Source of the DNA: Octopus sinensis
Taxonomy: Eukaryota
Reading direction: 5' to 3'
Length of the DNA: 64,000 bases
NCBI RefSeq assembly: GCF_006345805.1
Contig: NC_042997.1
Coordinates: 13,640,001 to 13,704,000, forward strand
Shown: piece after piece, positions 13,050 to 25,559 of the stretch
Layout: each line of letters opens with the position of its first letter
Position numbering within the stretch: the stretch's first letter is position 1
Program-made: the position numbers and the translations under genes
Notes under the pieces: generated by a model
The model's database searches: none
What the model saw: only the letters and a program-made list of their open reading frames with translations
Told to the model about the DNA's origin: nothing

Positions 13050-13595
13050 ATTTCAGGTCGAGTGCTACTGGTAACATGTAACCCAGTACAACCTGTTGCA
13101 TGGTCGGGTCGTCGGCGACGAAATCGGCAACCCCACCAAGCTTGCTTGGGGAGGAGGGTGTTTATTGGACACTCTGCGGGATGAAAAACAAAACCCGTGA
13201 AAGGGCAGAGGAACTCTTGAGAGTCAACGGCCATCCAATAAATGTCTTAAGGCTGTATCATGCGCGAGGACATAGAAATAATCGGACTGAATACCAGATT
13301 GCGCGGTTAAACCATTGGGAGTGAAGGACTTCTAGCCTCTGTTATGGCATCCTTCTAGGAGAAGGTAACTCAGGTAAATGGGATATCTACGACATAAAAC
13401 CGGCTCAGTGGTTAGCGATGATGTTGACCTGTTCTTCTGTTCGGATTATGGCTGCTGGTGCTTAGTGAGTGGGATTGAATCAGTGCTTAGCCTTTCCTCA
13501 CTTTAAAAAATCTTCTTGCACAGGCATTGCACGATAATAACATTGATTAAGCTACGTGCAATGGCCATACTCGCTAACGAGGGGGCAGCCACCAT
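13050..13595 (+). mobile_element. Probable non-autonomous RTE derivative (5'UTR-like body plus RTE 3' tail)
   Basis: GC-richer non-coding block with ctaggagaagg-aactc (an RTE-5'UTR-like motif, from recall); 13527-13595 matches the RTE tail at 43505-43567; flanked by microsatellites. Confidence 0.5.
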
Positions 13596-14082
13596 GTATG
13601 TATGTATGTATGTATGTATGTATGTATGTATGTATGTATGTATGTATGTATGTATGTATATATAAAAGTAATTTTAGAGACAGAACCACCTTCAACTCAG
13701 TCAACACTGAAAGATTATTCACACATACACAAATATACACACAGCAATCTGTTGAAATGCTCACAAGCACAAAATGTTGTTTTCGCTTTAAAAAAATTAG
13801 CGTTGTTCATTTGTTGTTGACAGGTTTATTCGTAGGATCATCTCTTTGAGCTCGATTTATCCATTTTGAAACCAAAGTGCATATGGCTCTTATGGCATAA
13901 TATATGCACGGTTTGTATATTTTTAGGAAAGCTAATCCTTTCTTCTAATCTATAAAGGTAACCATTATATACACATAATATTTTTTATAGTTAAAGAGCC
14001 TTTAGTGGGCAATATCACCGCAAAGACAAAAGTATAATACAATATCACCGCAAAAAATTCTTACACAAATCTGCAACCTTAC

Positions 14083-14215
14083 AAAGCGTGGATGACCGCA
14101 TGCTTCTGACAACTAACGTAATATAAGAAGGTTAATTTACAAGCAGAAGTGGTAAATTCGTGATTCAAATCATCACACTGAATACAGGAGTACAGAAAAT
14201 TATCATCCGTTGAGC
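14083..14215 (-). CDS. Candidate coding exon (unknown protein)
   Basis: Acceptor gtttcttgtaaatatag|, donor TT|GTAAGG; open (G)STDDNFLYSCIQCDDLNHEFTTSACKLTFLYYVSCQKHAVIHA; phase-1 start fits exon 19570-19691. Confidence 0.25.
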
Positions 14216-14805
14216 CTATATTTACAAGAAACACCACATGATATATTACACGTAATAAAATTACAATGGACAAAACTATTAGAATGCACTAGAATTTTAG
14301 ATAGAATTTCAGAATAAACGAAAAGAATATTTATGGAGTATTAGTAATAGCGAATTAAAAACCAAAATCTATAGACAGATGATACATCATACACAGAATA
14401 AACTATGAAGTCTAGCAGCCAACCTTTGTATATCTTTACAAAATTGGTGCGGACAATACCACCTTACTATTATCAATTATTATTATCACTCATCCCAATG
14501 ATCGATCCGAGAAGATATGGAATCGCCAATGAAATTATGCATAACGAAATTCTATTATTTCTAAAAAAAAATCATAAAGGGCTATTTAAGAAATCCGAAG
14601 AAGTCACAATGAAATAACATTAAAGGTTAAGATAGCTTTATTTTTAACGTAACATGTTTGAAAGAGAAAGGTGTTCTAATTGTAAGCACATGCACGCATG
14701 CATACACACACACATACACACACACACACGCACACATGTAGCAAATGAGTATCTTTATGTAAATACATTTATATATATACACACACATACATATATTTCC
14801 AAGTA

Positions 14806-14835
<30 letters not shown>

Positions 14836-14837
<2 letters not shown>

Positions 14838-15212
14838 CTAGCAGTATCGCCCGGCGTTGGTCGGGTTTGTAAGGGAAATAACTATATAAGCATTTTTAGA
14901 GATGTAAAGTATAATAGCCATCTCAATATGGTTAACCACAAAGGGGGGATGTTACTGTCGCTTTTTACGTTCTGAGATTTAATAATAAATTTTTAGAGAG
15001 TTACTTCCCTTATATATGCCAAAAATGCATTAAAAATGGGAAAAATTGATGGTAATTTTTTTTTAAATCGTAGACTCAGAAGGGCTCGATATGAATCACG
15101 ACTATAAGATACCCGGTTTTGGTTAAACTGCACCGCAAAATGTGGGAGTAGTTAGGAATCTAAATCGTAGGAGACAGACAGCACACAACCTCACTTTTAT
15201 ATATAAAGATAT
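14836..15212 (+). mobile_element. Helentron/HINE-like non-autonomous element
   Basis: 5' end tactagcagtatcgcccggcgttg.tcggg shared with 35149 and 51759; 3' end acagac...cttttatatata; AT-rich insertion site. Confidence 0.6.
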
Positions 15213-15549
15213 ATATAACAAGTAAAGTTGTGAGAGATCGCACGAGTGAAAATATATATGAAAGAAGGTTTGAAAATGCAAAGGTCGTTTAAAGATATTT
15301 ATTGACTTGACTGGTTTCACATTTTTAGACAAAGATTATCAAAAGTAAAATGTAAAGCTTTGTATAAGCTTTGTTGTGTTAATATTTACGTATTAAATAT
15401 TATTGTTAATATTTACGTATCTTAGCGCGCTAAAGTGAAGGCATTTGAAAGATACACATAAATATAATTTGTGGAGCTTTATACATACTGGATTTTATAC
15501 ATACTGTATCTAGTTGTAGAAATTGTATTTCGTAAACGACAGACTACGC

Positions 15550-15675
15550 TGACGATCTTGCAGATGTTTACATATACGTAAATATTAACAAGTGACACTA
15601 ATTAGTACGTAGGTAATCGTTCTTTTATTTTCGTATATTTTCATTTGTCTTATTTTTAAACTTTGGTTTTTGCTG
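15550..15675. repeat. 126-bp direct repeat, copy 1
   Basis: Identical to 16360-16485 (offset 810). Confidence 0.95.
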
Positions 15676-15790
15676 AATTTTTTCTTGAGAACACATTCTT
15701 CGTGGTAAATGGCGAGTTTGACGTCTATATCTAGCATACAGGCTGACGACTATTAGTGGTCATTCCTCTAAATTTTGTATATATATACAT

Positions 15791-15953
15791 TTTGTCTCCT
15801 CCGTAACTTAGCGGTTCGGCAAAAAAGACCGATAGAATAAGTACTAGGCTTACAAAGAATAAGTCCTGGGGTCGATTTGCTCGACTAAAAGGCGGTGCTC
15901 CAGCATGGCCGCAGTCAAATGACTGAAACAAGTAAAGAGTAAAAGAGAAAAGA
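15791..15953 (+). mobile_element. SINE family A, 3' part
   Basis: ccgtaacttagcggttcggcaaaa...ggcggtgctccagcatggccgcagtcaaatgactgaaacaagtaaa. Confidence 0.9.
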
Positions 15954-16007
<54 letters not shown>

Positions 16008-16359
16008 CATTTTGTATGTATATATATATATGTGTGTGTATGTGTTTGTTCGCGTGTGTCTGTGCGTCTGTGTGTGCGCGTGTGTATGTTTGTGTGTGTT
16101 TTGTGTTAGTGGGATGTGTGTACGTGAGTGTGTATGCGTCTGTGAGTATGTTTGTGTTGTTGTCCTGGTGGTGTGTGTGTGTGAGCAACCGTATGTGTAT
16201 GTGAGGGTGTATATGTATGTGCGTGTGGGTACTTGTGGTTGTGTATGTGTATCTGTTGTATTTATCAAGGGTTCTGTGTGTGTCCATGTGTGTTGCGTTT
16301 ATCCGGGCAGTATGTCTGTGTGCGCGTGTATTGAGTATGCGTTTGTATGTGTGTGTATA

Positions 16360-16485
16360 TGACGATCTTGCAGATGTTTACATATACGTAAATATTAACA
16401 AGTGACACTAATTAGTACGTAGGTAATCGTTCTTTTATTTTCGTATATTTTCATTTGTCTTATTTTTAAACTTTGGTTTTTGCTG
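16360..16485. repeat. 126-bp direct repeat, copy 2
   Basis: Identical to 15550-15675. Confidence 0.95.
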
Positions 16486-16494
16486 TATATATAA

Positions 16495-16685
16495 CCAACA
16501 AAAACTCAAGGAGAAATTGGCTTTCGAAAAATTCATAACAGAAATAGAACTGTTATGGCTAAGAGCCAATTCCAGCGAAGAAAAATGCAAGGCTCTTGAC
16601 AAGGAAATGCAAATTGAAATTAAAACTTCTCTAAAGGTGCACTCTTTGATAAAACTACCAAACTCTGGAGAAAAAACCGCGTGAA
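16495..16685 (+). mobile_element. ATG-less open frame, possibly a Penelope-like ORF N-terminal fragment
   Basis: PTKLKEKLAFEKFITEIELLWLRANSSEEKCKALDKEMQIEIKTSLKVHSLIKLPNSGEKTA*; loose resemblance to the pre-RT region of Penelope-like ORFs. Confidence 0.3.
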
Positions 16686-17035
16686 TGAAGAACTAACATC
16701 CCTTCAACGATGGGAAAAAAAATCTGGTTCATCAATTCGAAACTTCTTTCAGTCATTTCACTGCGGCCATGCTGGAACATATACATATATGTTATATGTA
16801 TGTATGTATGTGTAAGTATGTATGTATGTAAGTATTTATTTATGTATGCGTGTATTTATGTATGCATGTATGTATACACTTTTATTAAAGCCGGAAAATT
16901 ATCACAAAAGTTGTTACTTAGAGTTCCATATTCCCGTTCGTCGGATAGTTGTGATGAGACCATGGGTATCCAGTAAAAGTTTTTGCATCTTGTTCCGTCC
17001 TTGCGTGTTAATCTGAATATATAATATATATATAC

Positions 17036-17125
<90 letters not shown>

Positions 17126-18115
17126 CATACATACATACATACATACATACATACATACGTGTGTGTGAGTGTATGAGTATTAAATATGTTTATATACAAG
17201 TATGTATGTATGTATGTATATAAATATATATATGCACACACACACACAAATACATGAATATACATACAGAAACATACAAACATGAATATATAACTTTGCA
17301 TATATATATTCATAGATATGTACGTGTGTGTACTCACGCACGCGAATGAACGAATGAATGAGCGTATAAACATTTAGTCTTTTGAAAAACAATGTAAATA
17401 CTGCATAACTTGTGATTTTTGAATTCCCACCTTCTATAACTTTTATTTATCAATCACGGTGGTGCTCCAACATGACCGCAGCTGCATGGCTGAAACACAC
17501 AAAAGAAATAAAGAAATAAATTATTCAACTTTCATCTTCGTCTGTGTACATCTAAGTGTTGCTTTCTTGAATCCGTGACATATTTAATATTTTATTTTTT
17601 TTAACACTAAAAGCAAATTTAAAGGAATTGCCACAAGCCACTGATCCGTTTCCAATTATTTAACAAACGATTCTTATGTCGTGACCTTCCTAATAATGAA
17701 GTTGCTTTCAGCTTCTGTAAATGCGCGATAATTCCTTTTTGTCGTTCTAAAAAGATAAACTGAAATCTCAAGCACAATGTAACAATGGATTTGTGTTTTG
17801 TATTATATTTGTTAGTTAATTTTCAATAGATACAAAGCAAAGCCCTCTAGATATATGAGGGTAATGATGATGTTGTAACGTACATGCTTGCCCACTGAAA
17901 AAAAAAATGAAGGTAGTGCATTGATGTCAGCTAGTTCACTCTCGACTTGCCGTAAGCCTACCCGTTCGTTTCTTTACAGAGTCATCCCCACTTTAAAAGG
18001 ATGGGAAGTATGTGTCTATATGTATACGTGTGTGTGTTTGTGTGTGTGCTTGTGTGTATGTGTGTGTGCGCGTGTTTGTATATATAAAAGTATATATATA
18101 TATATATTATATATA

Positions 18116-18146
<31 letters not shown>

Positions 18147-18577
18147 GTATGTATGTATATATATATGCATGCATGTTCACATTTTATATACAAACCCACG
18201 TATATATACACGTATATATTTGTGTGTTCGCATGTAACCTCACATTTATAATCTATGTATACATCTATACTACTTTAACTGCATTCAACAACTGTTTCCA
18301 TAGCAAAAACACAAACAAAGGCATAATTACATAATTCGGCTGCATAATTAATTTAATTCAAATTAAAGTCGTATTCATTTTTAAAAACTGTTTACCCATA
18401 TCATCAAAACTTGTTAAATTAAGTTAATCAGAGGAAAAAAGCTCTACTTCGATGTATTTAAACCAGTAACAGCCTTCTCTGCAATTATGTAATTATATAT
18501 TTGGTAGAGTTTATCGCAATGATACAGCCGTTGAATAATGTTGGAGTAAGAGCTATATAGGAAATTTATGCATGTAG

Positions 18578-18641
18578 ACGCAGGCGTAGCTCTGCTGTAA
18601 GAAGTTTGCTTTCCAACCACATGATTCCGGGTTCAGTCCCA
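18578..18641 (+). mobile_element. SINE family A head only
   Basis: gcaggcgtagct...caaccacatgattccgggttcagtccca (B box). Confidence 0.7.
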
Positions 18642-18846
18642 TATATATACATGATTCCTATGCGTACGGAAGACGCACTTTTCTCCCTGTTGAGGCCTTA
18701 TATGGACCAATATTTGACTATTTTCTTTAGTCAATACAGAGTGATCGCTTATAAGCTTTATGCTTATAAAATAAAATAATTATTATTGTTATTTACAAAA
18801 TTCGGCACCGCTTATCAAATCGTCGCATAAAACGCACGTGTTTGTT

Positions 18847-18932
<86 letters not shown>

Positions 18933-18949
18933 TGTCTGTCTGTCTGTAT

Positions 18950-19163
18950 CTCTTTTGTGTGTCTGTGCCCCCCCCAACATCGCTTGACGAGTATTGGTGT
19001 GATTACGTCCCCGTAACTTAAAGATACGGCAAAGAAACTGATAGAATAAGTACTAGGCTTACAAAGAATAAGTTCTGGGGTCGATTTGTTCCACTAAAGG
19101 CGGTGCTCCAGCATGGCCGCAGTCAAATCACTGAAACAAATAAAAGAATATAAGAATAAAAGA
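18950..19163 (+). mobile_element. SINE family A, 3' half
   Basis: Follows (TG)n; body and tail match other A copies. Confidence 0.85.
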
Positions 19164-19194
19164 AGATATATATATAACTCTGGGTGTGTGTGTG

Positions 19195-19372
19195 TGTGTT
19201 TGTCCTCCATCCAGGCTTGGTGTTGTGTTTATGTCCCTGTAACTTAGCAGTTCGACAATAAGGGAGCAATAGAATAAGTACCGAGCTTAAAAAAGGACTG
19301 GTGCCGATTCATTTAACCACAAAATTCTTCAAGACGGTGCTGCAGCTTGGCTGCGCTCTAATGACTGAGACG
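19195..19372 (+). mobile_element. Older A-related SINE 3' half
   Basis: gtaacttagcagttcgac...agaataagtac...gacggtgctgcagcttggctgcg, a diverged version of the A tail. Confidence 0.6.
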
Positions 19373-19569
19373 CTAAATATATTGCCTTAAGATCGTTTTA
19401 ACTCATGCATATGCATGCAAATCAGTTTCTTTTGTATTTACAATATAATAGCCTGTTCAATTTTAACAACCTGTTAGTAGATGAGCGCTTAATTACCACG
19501 GATTAATTCTTCGACGTTTATACATTAATTTTCCATTTGAATATATTTCTCCCTTATGCTGAATCCTAC

Positions 19570-19691
19570 CAAGGATATGCGCAACATAATTAGTGAAAAA
19601 ATCGTTGGCATAGTGATACGTAATATCAAAATGTATTAACTCATCTGTTTGGGATTTACTCTTGCGAGATTGGCTCCATTTTTGTTGACGC
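19570..19691 (-). CDS. Candidate coding exon (unknown protein)
   Basis: Strong acceptor tttttttcttcttttcag|G, donor G|GTAGGA; only one open frame: RQQKWSQSRKSKSQTDELIHFDITYHYANDFFTNYVAHIL. Confidence 0.35.
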
Positions 19692-20018
19692 CTGAAAAGA
19701 AGAAAAAAAACTTGTTTTTTACAACTGTTATTCATAACTATTACATCTCCTCTAAACCCAGTGCCTTGACGTTAGAGGAGAAGGCCTTGCCAGAGAGCAC
19801 AGTCATTTATCATTGCTTGAAAGATCTTCGCTTTAACTGCTACCCGCATAGGTATTATTTTAACAGCAAGCAGTACACTTCTACCTTGCGATACTTATTG
19901 GACTCGAACATCTGGATATACTATTTTTAATATCACAATGGGCTCATCTGTTTCAGCGAATGTATTTGACTTAGTAGTATCCTGTATTATACTTGAACCA
20001 AACAGTAATTTTCGTTAC

Positions 20019-20072
20019 CTGGATGTTGATTTATACCATGATGTGTATCTCTTCACAACTACCAAACATTGT
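20019..20072 (-). CDS. Candidate 54-nt coding exon
   Basis: Acceptor atttcttaattctgacag|, donor CCAG|GTAACG; its single open frame QCLVVVKRYTSWYKSTS joins in frame to 19691. Confidence 0.35.
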
Positions 20073-21158
20073 CTGTCAGAATTAAGAAATCCTTACAACT
20101 TCTTTTAGAAATTATAATATATTTATCGTCTTTAAGGAAAAAATATCAAAATCACACATTTCCTTGATATGATAATATAAATTCTGTCTTTATTATGTCA
20201 ATCATAAATGTGTGAAACTTTACAATATATAAATATAAAATTCCATCACCTTATTACTATAATTAATAGCTTAATCAGATTATTTTAATTGGATTTTCCA
20301 ATCTTTCTTTTAATTAAAAAAGTTTTTTAATATCTCAATGTACTCTAACAATGCTCTCTGCGAAACGGATATGATAACATTAAACGTAATCTTAACCATA
20401 TTAATGCTATCCTGCTCCTAGAATTATAAGTAAATAAGACATTTTCTGAGACAAATACTAATCGACAACTCGATTATAATCTTATTACAATTCATATAAT
20501 ATATCATTTCCTTTTAACTACAACTTCTAGCGATATAGTGACACTTACTCTGAGTCGAGTATTACATGCTTGAGAAATCGGTGGATTTTTCGAGAAATTT
20601 AGAATGGCGTGAGTGGCGTTCTAACACTGTTTAATTATTCTCACCATATCTAGCATGAAAGGATTTAGCCACCAGCAAATCATACTTCAAATGCTGAGGT
20701 AAGTCAGCAACAAGAGCCTGTCTGTTATCCCTCAACCTCCCAAAATAGCCTTTAAATCTCTTTTAACATGTGTTTGAACGGGATATTTTTACTAACGTAG
20801 ACTGAGATACTTTGTTACTAAGATAAACTTGAGATGGTTATGACATGAATGTTCTTGATCGTAGATCTGCTCGTAAAGGCTGGCATGAAGTAAAACAACG
20901 ACAAAACAAGGATCGACCAAATATTAAGTTCAACTGAATATATGGGTATCTTCTATAACTAAGATACCTGTAGCAATTGGAGTACCCACATTTCTCAACT
21001 TGAGTGTCCTCTGAAAAATGTGTTGCACCTGAAAATCAACAAATAAACCAGGGAGCTGAAGCTAAGCGTGCACTTCCATATCTTTTGCTCAAAGTCTACT
21101 GTTTTCCAATATCCATGCGATTCATACATACCTCTACAGTAAAAGGACATTGTCTCCA

Positions 21159-22250
21159 ACGCATATAGAATACTTGCATCTATTCTGTCTCAATCACAGA
21201 TTTTTTAATTAATTTTTTTTTAATTAAACAGTTCGAAACTTCGAATAATAGTAGAATTTCGCACGTAGAATACGGTTTACCCTGAACGTTTTTGACAAAA
21301 TTTCGTATTTTAAAAGTTATTTCGTGTTAAAGTTGTCGTATTTGGGTAATTTCAACCAATCAACAACGTGTATTCGCTTGAAGAAAGGTATTGCTGTTTA
21401 CGATAGTAGTCGAAGAGGAACAATTTCCGGGTCGTCTCTACTAAATGTCACCACTCTGTTCGCAGAATCAACACCTTCGAAGAACCAACGCCAAGAAGGA
21501 AGATATATTATCTACATATGTTTATTCGTTTGCCCGACATCGGTGTTTTATCCACATAAAGCGCGCCGGAGTTTAAAAGACTTATAGAGCAACGAGTCCG
21601 CAACTAGCTTTTTTGTTGTTGGCGTTTATGTAGTTTCAAAATGCCTTATTTTACAACTATGTGATGTATTGTTATTGTCATAATTTTATCTTACTATACT
21701 AAACAACAAACACATTTCGTCAATATAAAACTCTTTATTAGATAAAAAATAACATTATCAAAACAAGAAGGTAAAACAAAACAAATAGCGGCTTATACAC
21801 CAGAAAATACGGTAATTGTAGTAGCAGTGACATGTTCCTCGCTGGATGCTAGTTGATAGTATAGAAGGGGGGGAGAGTAAGGAATGCACGGTGCTGACTA
21901 AAAAAGAAGAAAGGATAAATGTGACATCGTATTAGCTCGCCATACGAATAGAACAACAGAGTGGTGACATTTAGTAGAGATAACCCAGAAGTTGTTCCTC
22001 TTCGATTATTATCGCAAACAGCAGTAGCATTCTTCAACCGAATGCACGTCGTTGATTGGTTGAAATTACCCAAATATGACAAATTTAACACGAAATAACT
22101 TCTAAAATGCGAAGTTTTGTCAAAAACGTTCAGAGTAAACCGTGTTTTACGTGAGAAATTCTACTAGTATTCGAAGTTTCAAACTGTTTAGTTAAAAACA
22201 ATTCAAAAATCTGAGATTGATATGGAATAGATCGGAATATTTTGCTACGT
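21159..22250. mobile_element. Foldback/MITE-like element with about 300-bp imperfect inverted arms
   Basis: 21159-21461 is the diverged reverse complement of about 21950-22250; the ORF track shows mirror peptides at 21324+ and 21849-. Confidence 0.85.
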
Positions 22251-23643
22251 AAACACCAAGCAATCAAAGATTATTCTCGATCATAGCATAAGTTACAGAA
22301 GCACACTTGCTCCATACTGTTTTTTCTTCCCTGATTCCGCATATTAATTATGGTAAAGTTTCTTACGCAAAAATTAATGTTTATACCGCACTTGTAAACT
22401 TATAGTGCATATTTTCTTTCCCGACTCAATACCTCCATTTTATTTTAAAGCACAACATTTTCTTAAAATTCATATAATGTATTAGATAAAAAGATTGTAT
22501 TTAATGTCCTAAATGATTAATTCGGTTTTGATGCATTTTTAAAAGAAATATTTTTATAAAGAACATCTAATTTTGAGTTAAAAATCTGGGGTAAATTATT
22601 GTTATCATTGGACTTAAAATACAAATTGATAATAGTTAAGTCCAATTTTAGCGGAAAATTACTTCTCGTTAAGAAGATATTGAGCTCAAAACAATCTATG
22701 TTAAAGACCCCCAACAATTTAATGAATAAGATTTCACCACTGTCGACATATCACATTATGTTACTTAATACATATAATTTAACAAAATTGAAACTAGTAT
22801 TAGAGAGAGATGAAGTTGGAAAACTATGTGACGCTTATTTTTTTCCAACTTCATCACTCATGTTATATTACATGTTAGTTCGATTCAACCAAGACGGGTC
22901 TTAGATTATATTCTTATTGGGCCTACGAATCAATAAATACTCAATGGTAACAGATGGGAATGAAATGCAAGAACGGTCGGTAAAAGCATCGGACACATAT
23001 TCTGCATTGTTTAATAATGGCCTTTTATTTGGACTCCAAATACTGTCGAAATCAACTAAGCTATTTGTCCCTACAAAATAAATAAAAGTATGTATGTCTA
23101 TATATATATTGAAAAAAAAAAAAGTCGTCAGAATTTTTGGGGAAAATCTTTTTATTTCTTCATTATTATTAGCGCTTTCGTTACAATTTTTAACACCTGT
23201 GGCCTAGCGTGTTGCCATGGATAGTAAAAGTTTCTAAAATATTTATTACCCTGATATTATTAATTAAATTCAGACAAAAACATTAAAGTGAAAAGAGTTT
23301 GCGTTTTACTTGTGTTCGCCTTAAATACTCGTAAATAATAATTTAATATAAATTGAATATACCCCATGTTATGAGAAACAAACATTAATGTTTAATAATT
23401 AATATTATAAAGTTTAATAAGGTGCTCAAAATTCACCCCTCCCCCAATTTAAAATTTTGAAACTTTTCATCCATTTATTTATCTATCTGTCTATTTATTT
23501 ATCCCTTTCCGTTTATTCATAAAATATATTTGTCAATAAAATGTGGCGGTCCTATAGAAGACGGTGTTACTGTTGTTTCTAGTTCCAGGTAGACATTCAT
23601 ATCTATCTCTTTATACACATATCTATATGCTTATTGAATTTAA

Positions 23644-23912
23644 AATTTCAAGGGCCCACAGCTTTTTAATATTCTCCCAAAGAGCCTGAGGGACCTACAC
23701 AAAGTGGATGTAGGTGCTTTCAAACCAAGGATCTCTTCCTGTCGAGAGGCCCAGATGAACCTACTTCGTGGCAGAAGGTGCAAATGAGGATATCGACATC
23801 AAACTCCCTTATTCACCAAATGCCACATATCAGGTGAGTCTATCAATAATAACAGTATAGCAAAACAGCAGTGCCCCAACATAGCCACAACTTTGAGCTG
23901 AAACTAATAAAA
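23644..23912 (+). mobile_element. CR1/L2-group LINE 3' end
   Basis: FKGPQLFNILPKSLRDLHKVDVGAFK /frameshift/ DLFLSRGPDEPTSW...NSLIHQM; its 3' tail resembles the SINE A tail. Confidence 0.75.
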
Positions 23913-25559
23913 CAATATATTCTTTTTCTAATTACGAGTAAATTTATCACCAACTTATATTACTAAATTAAACACAATATGCATTGCAATACAATAATAT
24001 ATTAGTATCTAATTAAATATTCATCACACCGCTTCACCAATATAACATTATGTTTATAATTATTTTTTTTTTTACTTAGATTAAAATTGTTACTTTAGGA
24101 TAGAAAATAACATACAAAGGAAAATATAATTTTTTTTTTTTGCTTTTGTACAGATGGACCCAGTAAATACTGTAAATACCTCTTCAATCATGAAAACCTC
24201 ATATATTTATAATGAAGCTGTCAAAAGGATCACGAGTTTAATGAAATATTTATATAGCATTTTCATATTCTTAAGAAGTATCCCCTCCTTTCATTTTATT
24301 CTTATGCAAAAATAGTATTTATCAACAATATATTCTTTTCTTTACCCCTTTACCATAATTCACTCAGTGCATTCACCACAAATAATCAGAAAGCCCCAAA
24401 CTTTTCAATGTCTGTATCATATTATCAGTAAAATCGACATGGCGTGATGTTAAAAAGGAAATTAGATTTTATCTGACCAACATACGTTGGCAGCTATTGC
24501 GTATGCATATATATCACAACTTTAATATATCCATTATTTAGCTCTGATAAGTAGTTTAAATCGACAAAACATATCCGTATCTCAGATTCAAACTCTGTAC
24601 AGCAAGTGTCAAGATATATATTGCATTGCAAAGTGAGTGGTAGTATTTTCATATGTCTTGGGACACGAGATACGATTGTTACTTTAGATTCTGCAAGGCG
24701 AAATAGAAGAACTACACGATTTTGGGGTTTATCATGGTTCCCAAGAGAAGGTCCCTACCTCTTACTGTTCTAAGCACAAGCATGTCAATAATGGGAGTTA
24801 GGATTTATCTTTGCTCTCTTGAGATTCGACTGCCTTTCATCACTGCCAGGCATGGCTCCCTAAGGATTTAGAACAGAACATCTCATTTGAATTACTTGAT
24901 GTCAACATTAGATGAACAACACTTACTGCAGGTCATGAATATCGATGTTTCTTTCAAGAGAAACTCTTGCATAATGATAATGAAGTGCCAAGCTATTGCT
25001 TTTTCAAACCACATTAGCTATAGCTCTCCTTTAAGCATGCATGTACAAAGTGAATAGTTTGAATATTCTATGAAAAGATAGTCAGTGAATATCAGCATAC
25101 TCAAAAGTACCGAAAACCAAATCATTTTTGGAAGAAATGCAAATTACATTCTACACATATAGAGTAATGCAAACATTCTATACCAGCAAGCAACCATATG
25201 ATTAAGTAATAAACCAATCGTTGAAGTCCTTCACTAACGTCTATCAACGATATTTCTTATGTTGTGTTGAAACATTTTAGTGAGATGGGTTCTACGTGAA
25301 CTCATGTATATGTATGTATGTATGTGTGTGTGGTGTGTGTGTGTGTGTGTGTGTGCGTGCGTGCGTGTATCTAACTATATTGCACAAATACACACATTCA
25401 TAAAAATTGTGTGTGTGGGTGGGGTATTTAATCGTTTAAATCATTCCTCTGAAGACAGAGCTGGTTTCTAACAAAGATAAAATAAAAGACCCATCTTTGG
25501 AATATAGATAATGAAATCAATGTTATGTTTTAAACCTGAAGAAAGTGTAGAATACTTTT

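Noticed and set aside
15543-15597. DYADDLA, an RT-like YADD motif
   Set aside because: No other RT motifs in frame and a stop follows within 11 codons; probably chance.
20344-20620. Two further minus-strand exons (20620-20549, 20417-20344) extending the candidate gene in frame
   Set aside because: They require a weak acceptor and a weak donor chosen to fit the frame; risk of over-fitting.
23683-23833. Apparent plus-strand exon with CAG|GTGAGT donor and an open frame
   Set aside because: The translation matches the CR1/L2-group LINE C-terminus across a frameshift, so it is a TE remnant.
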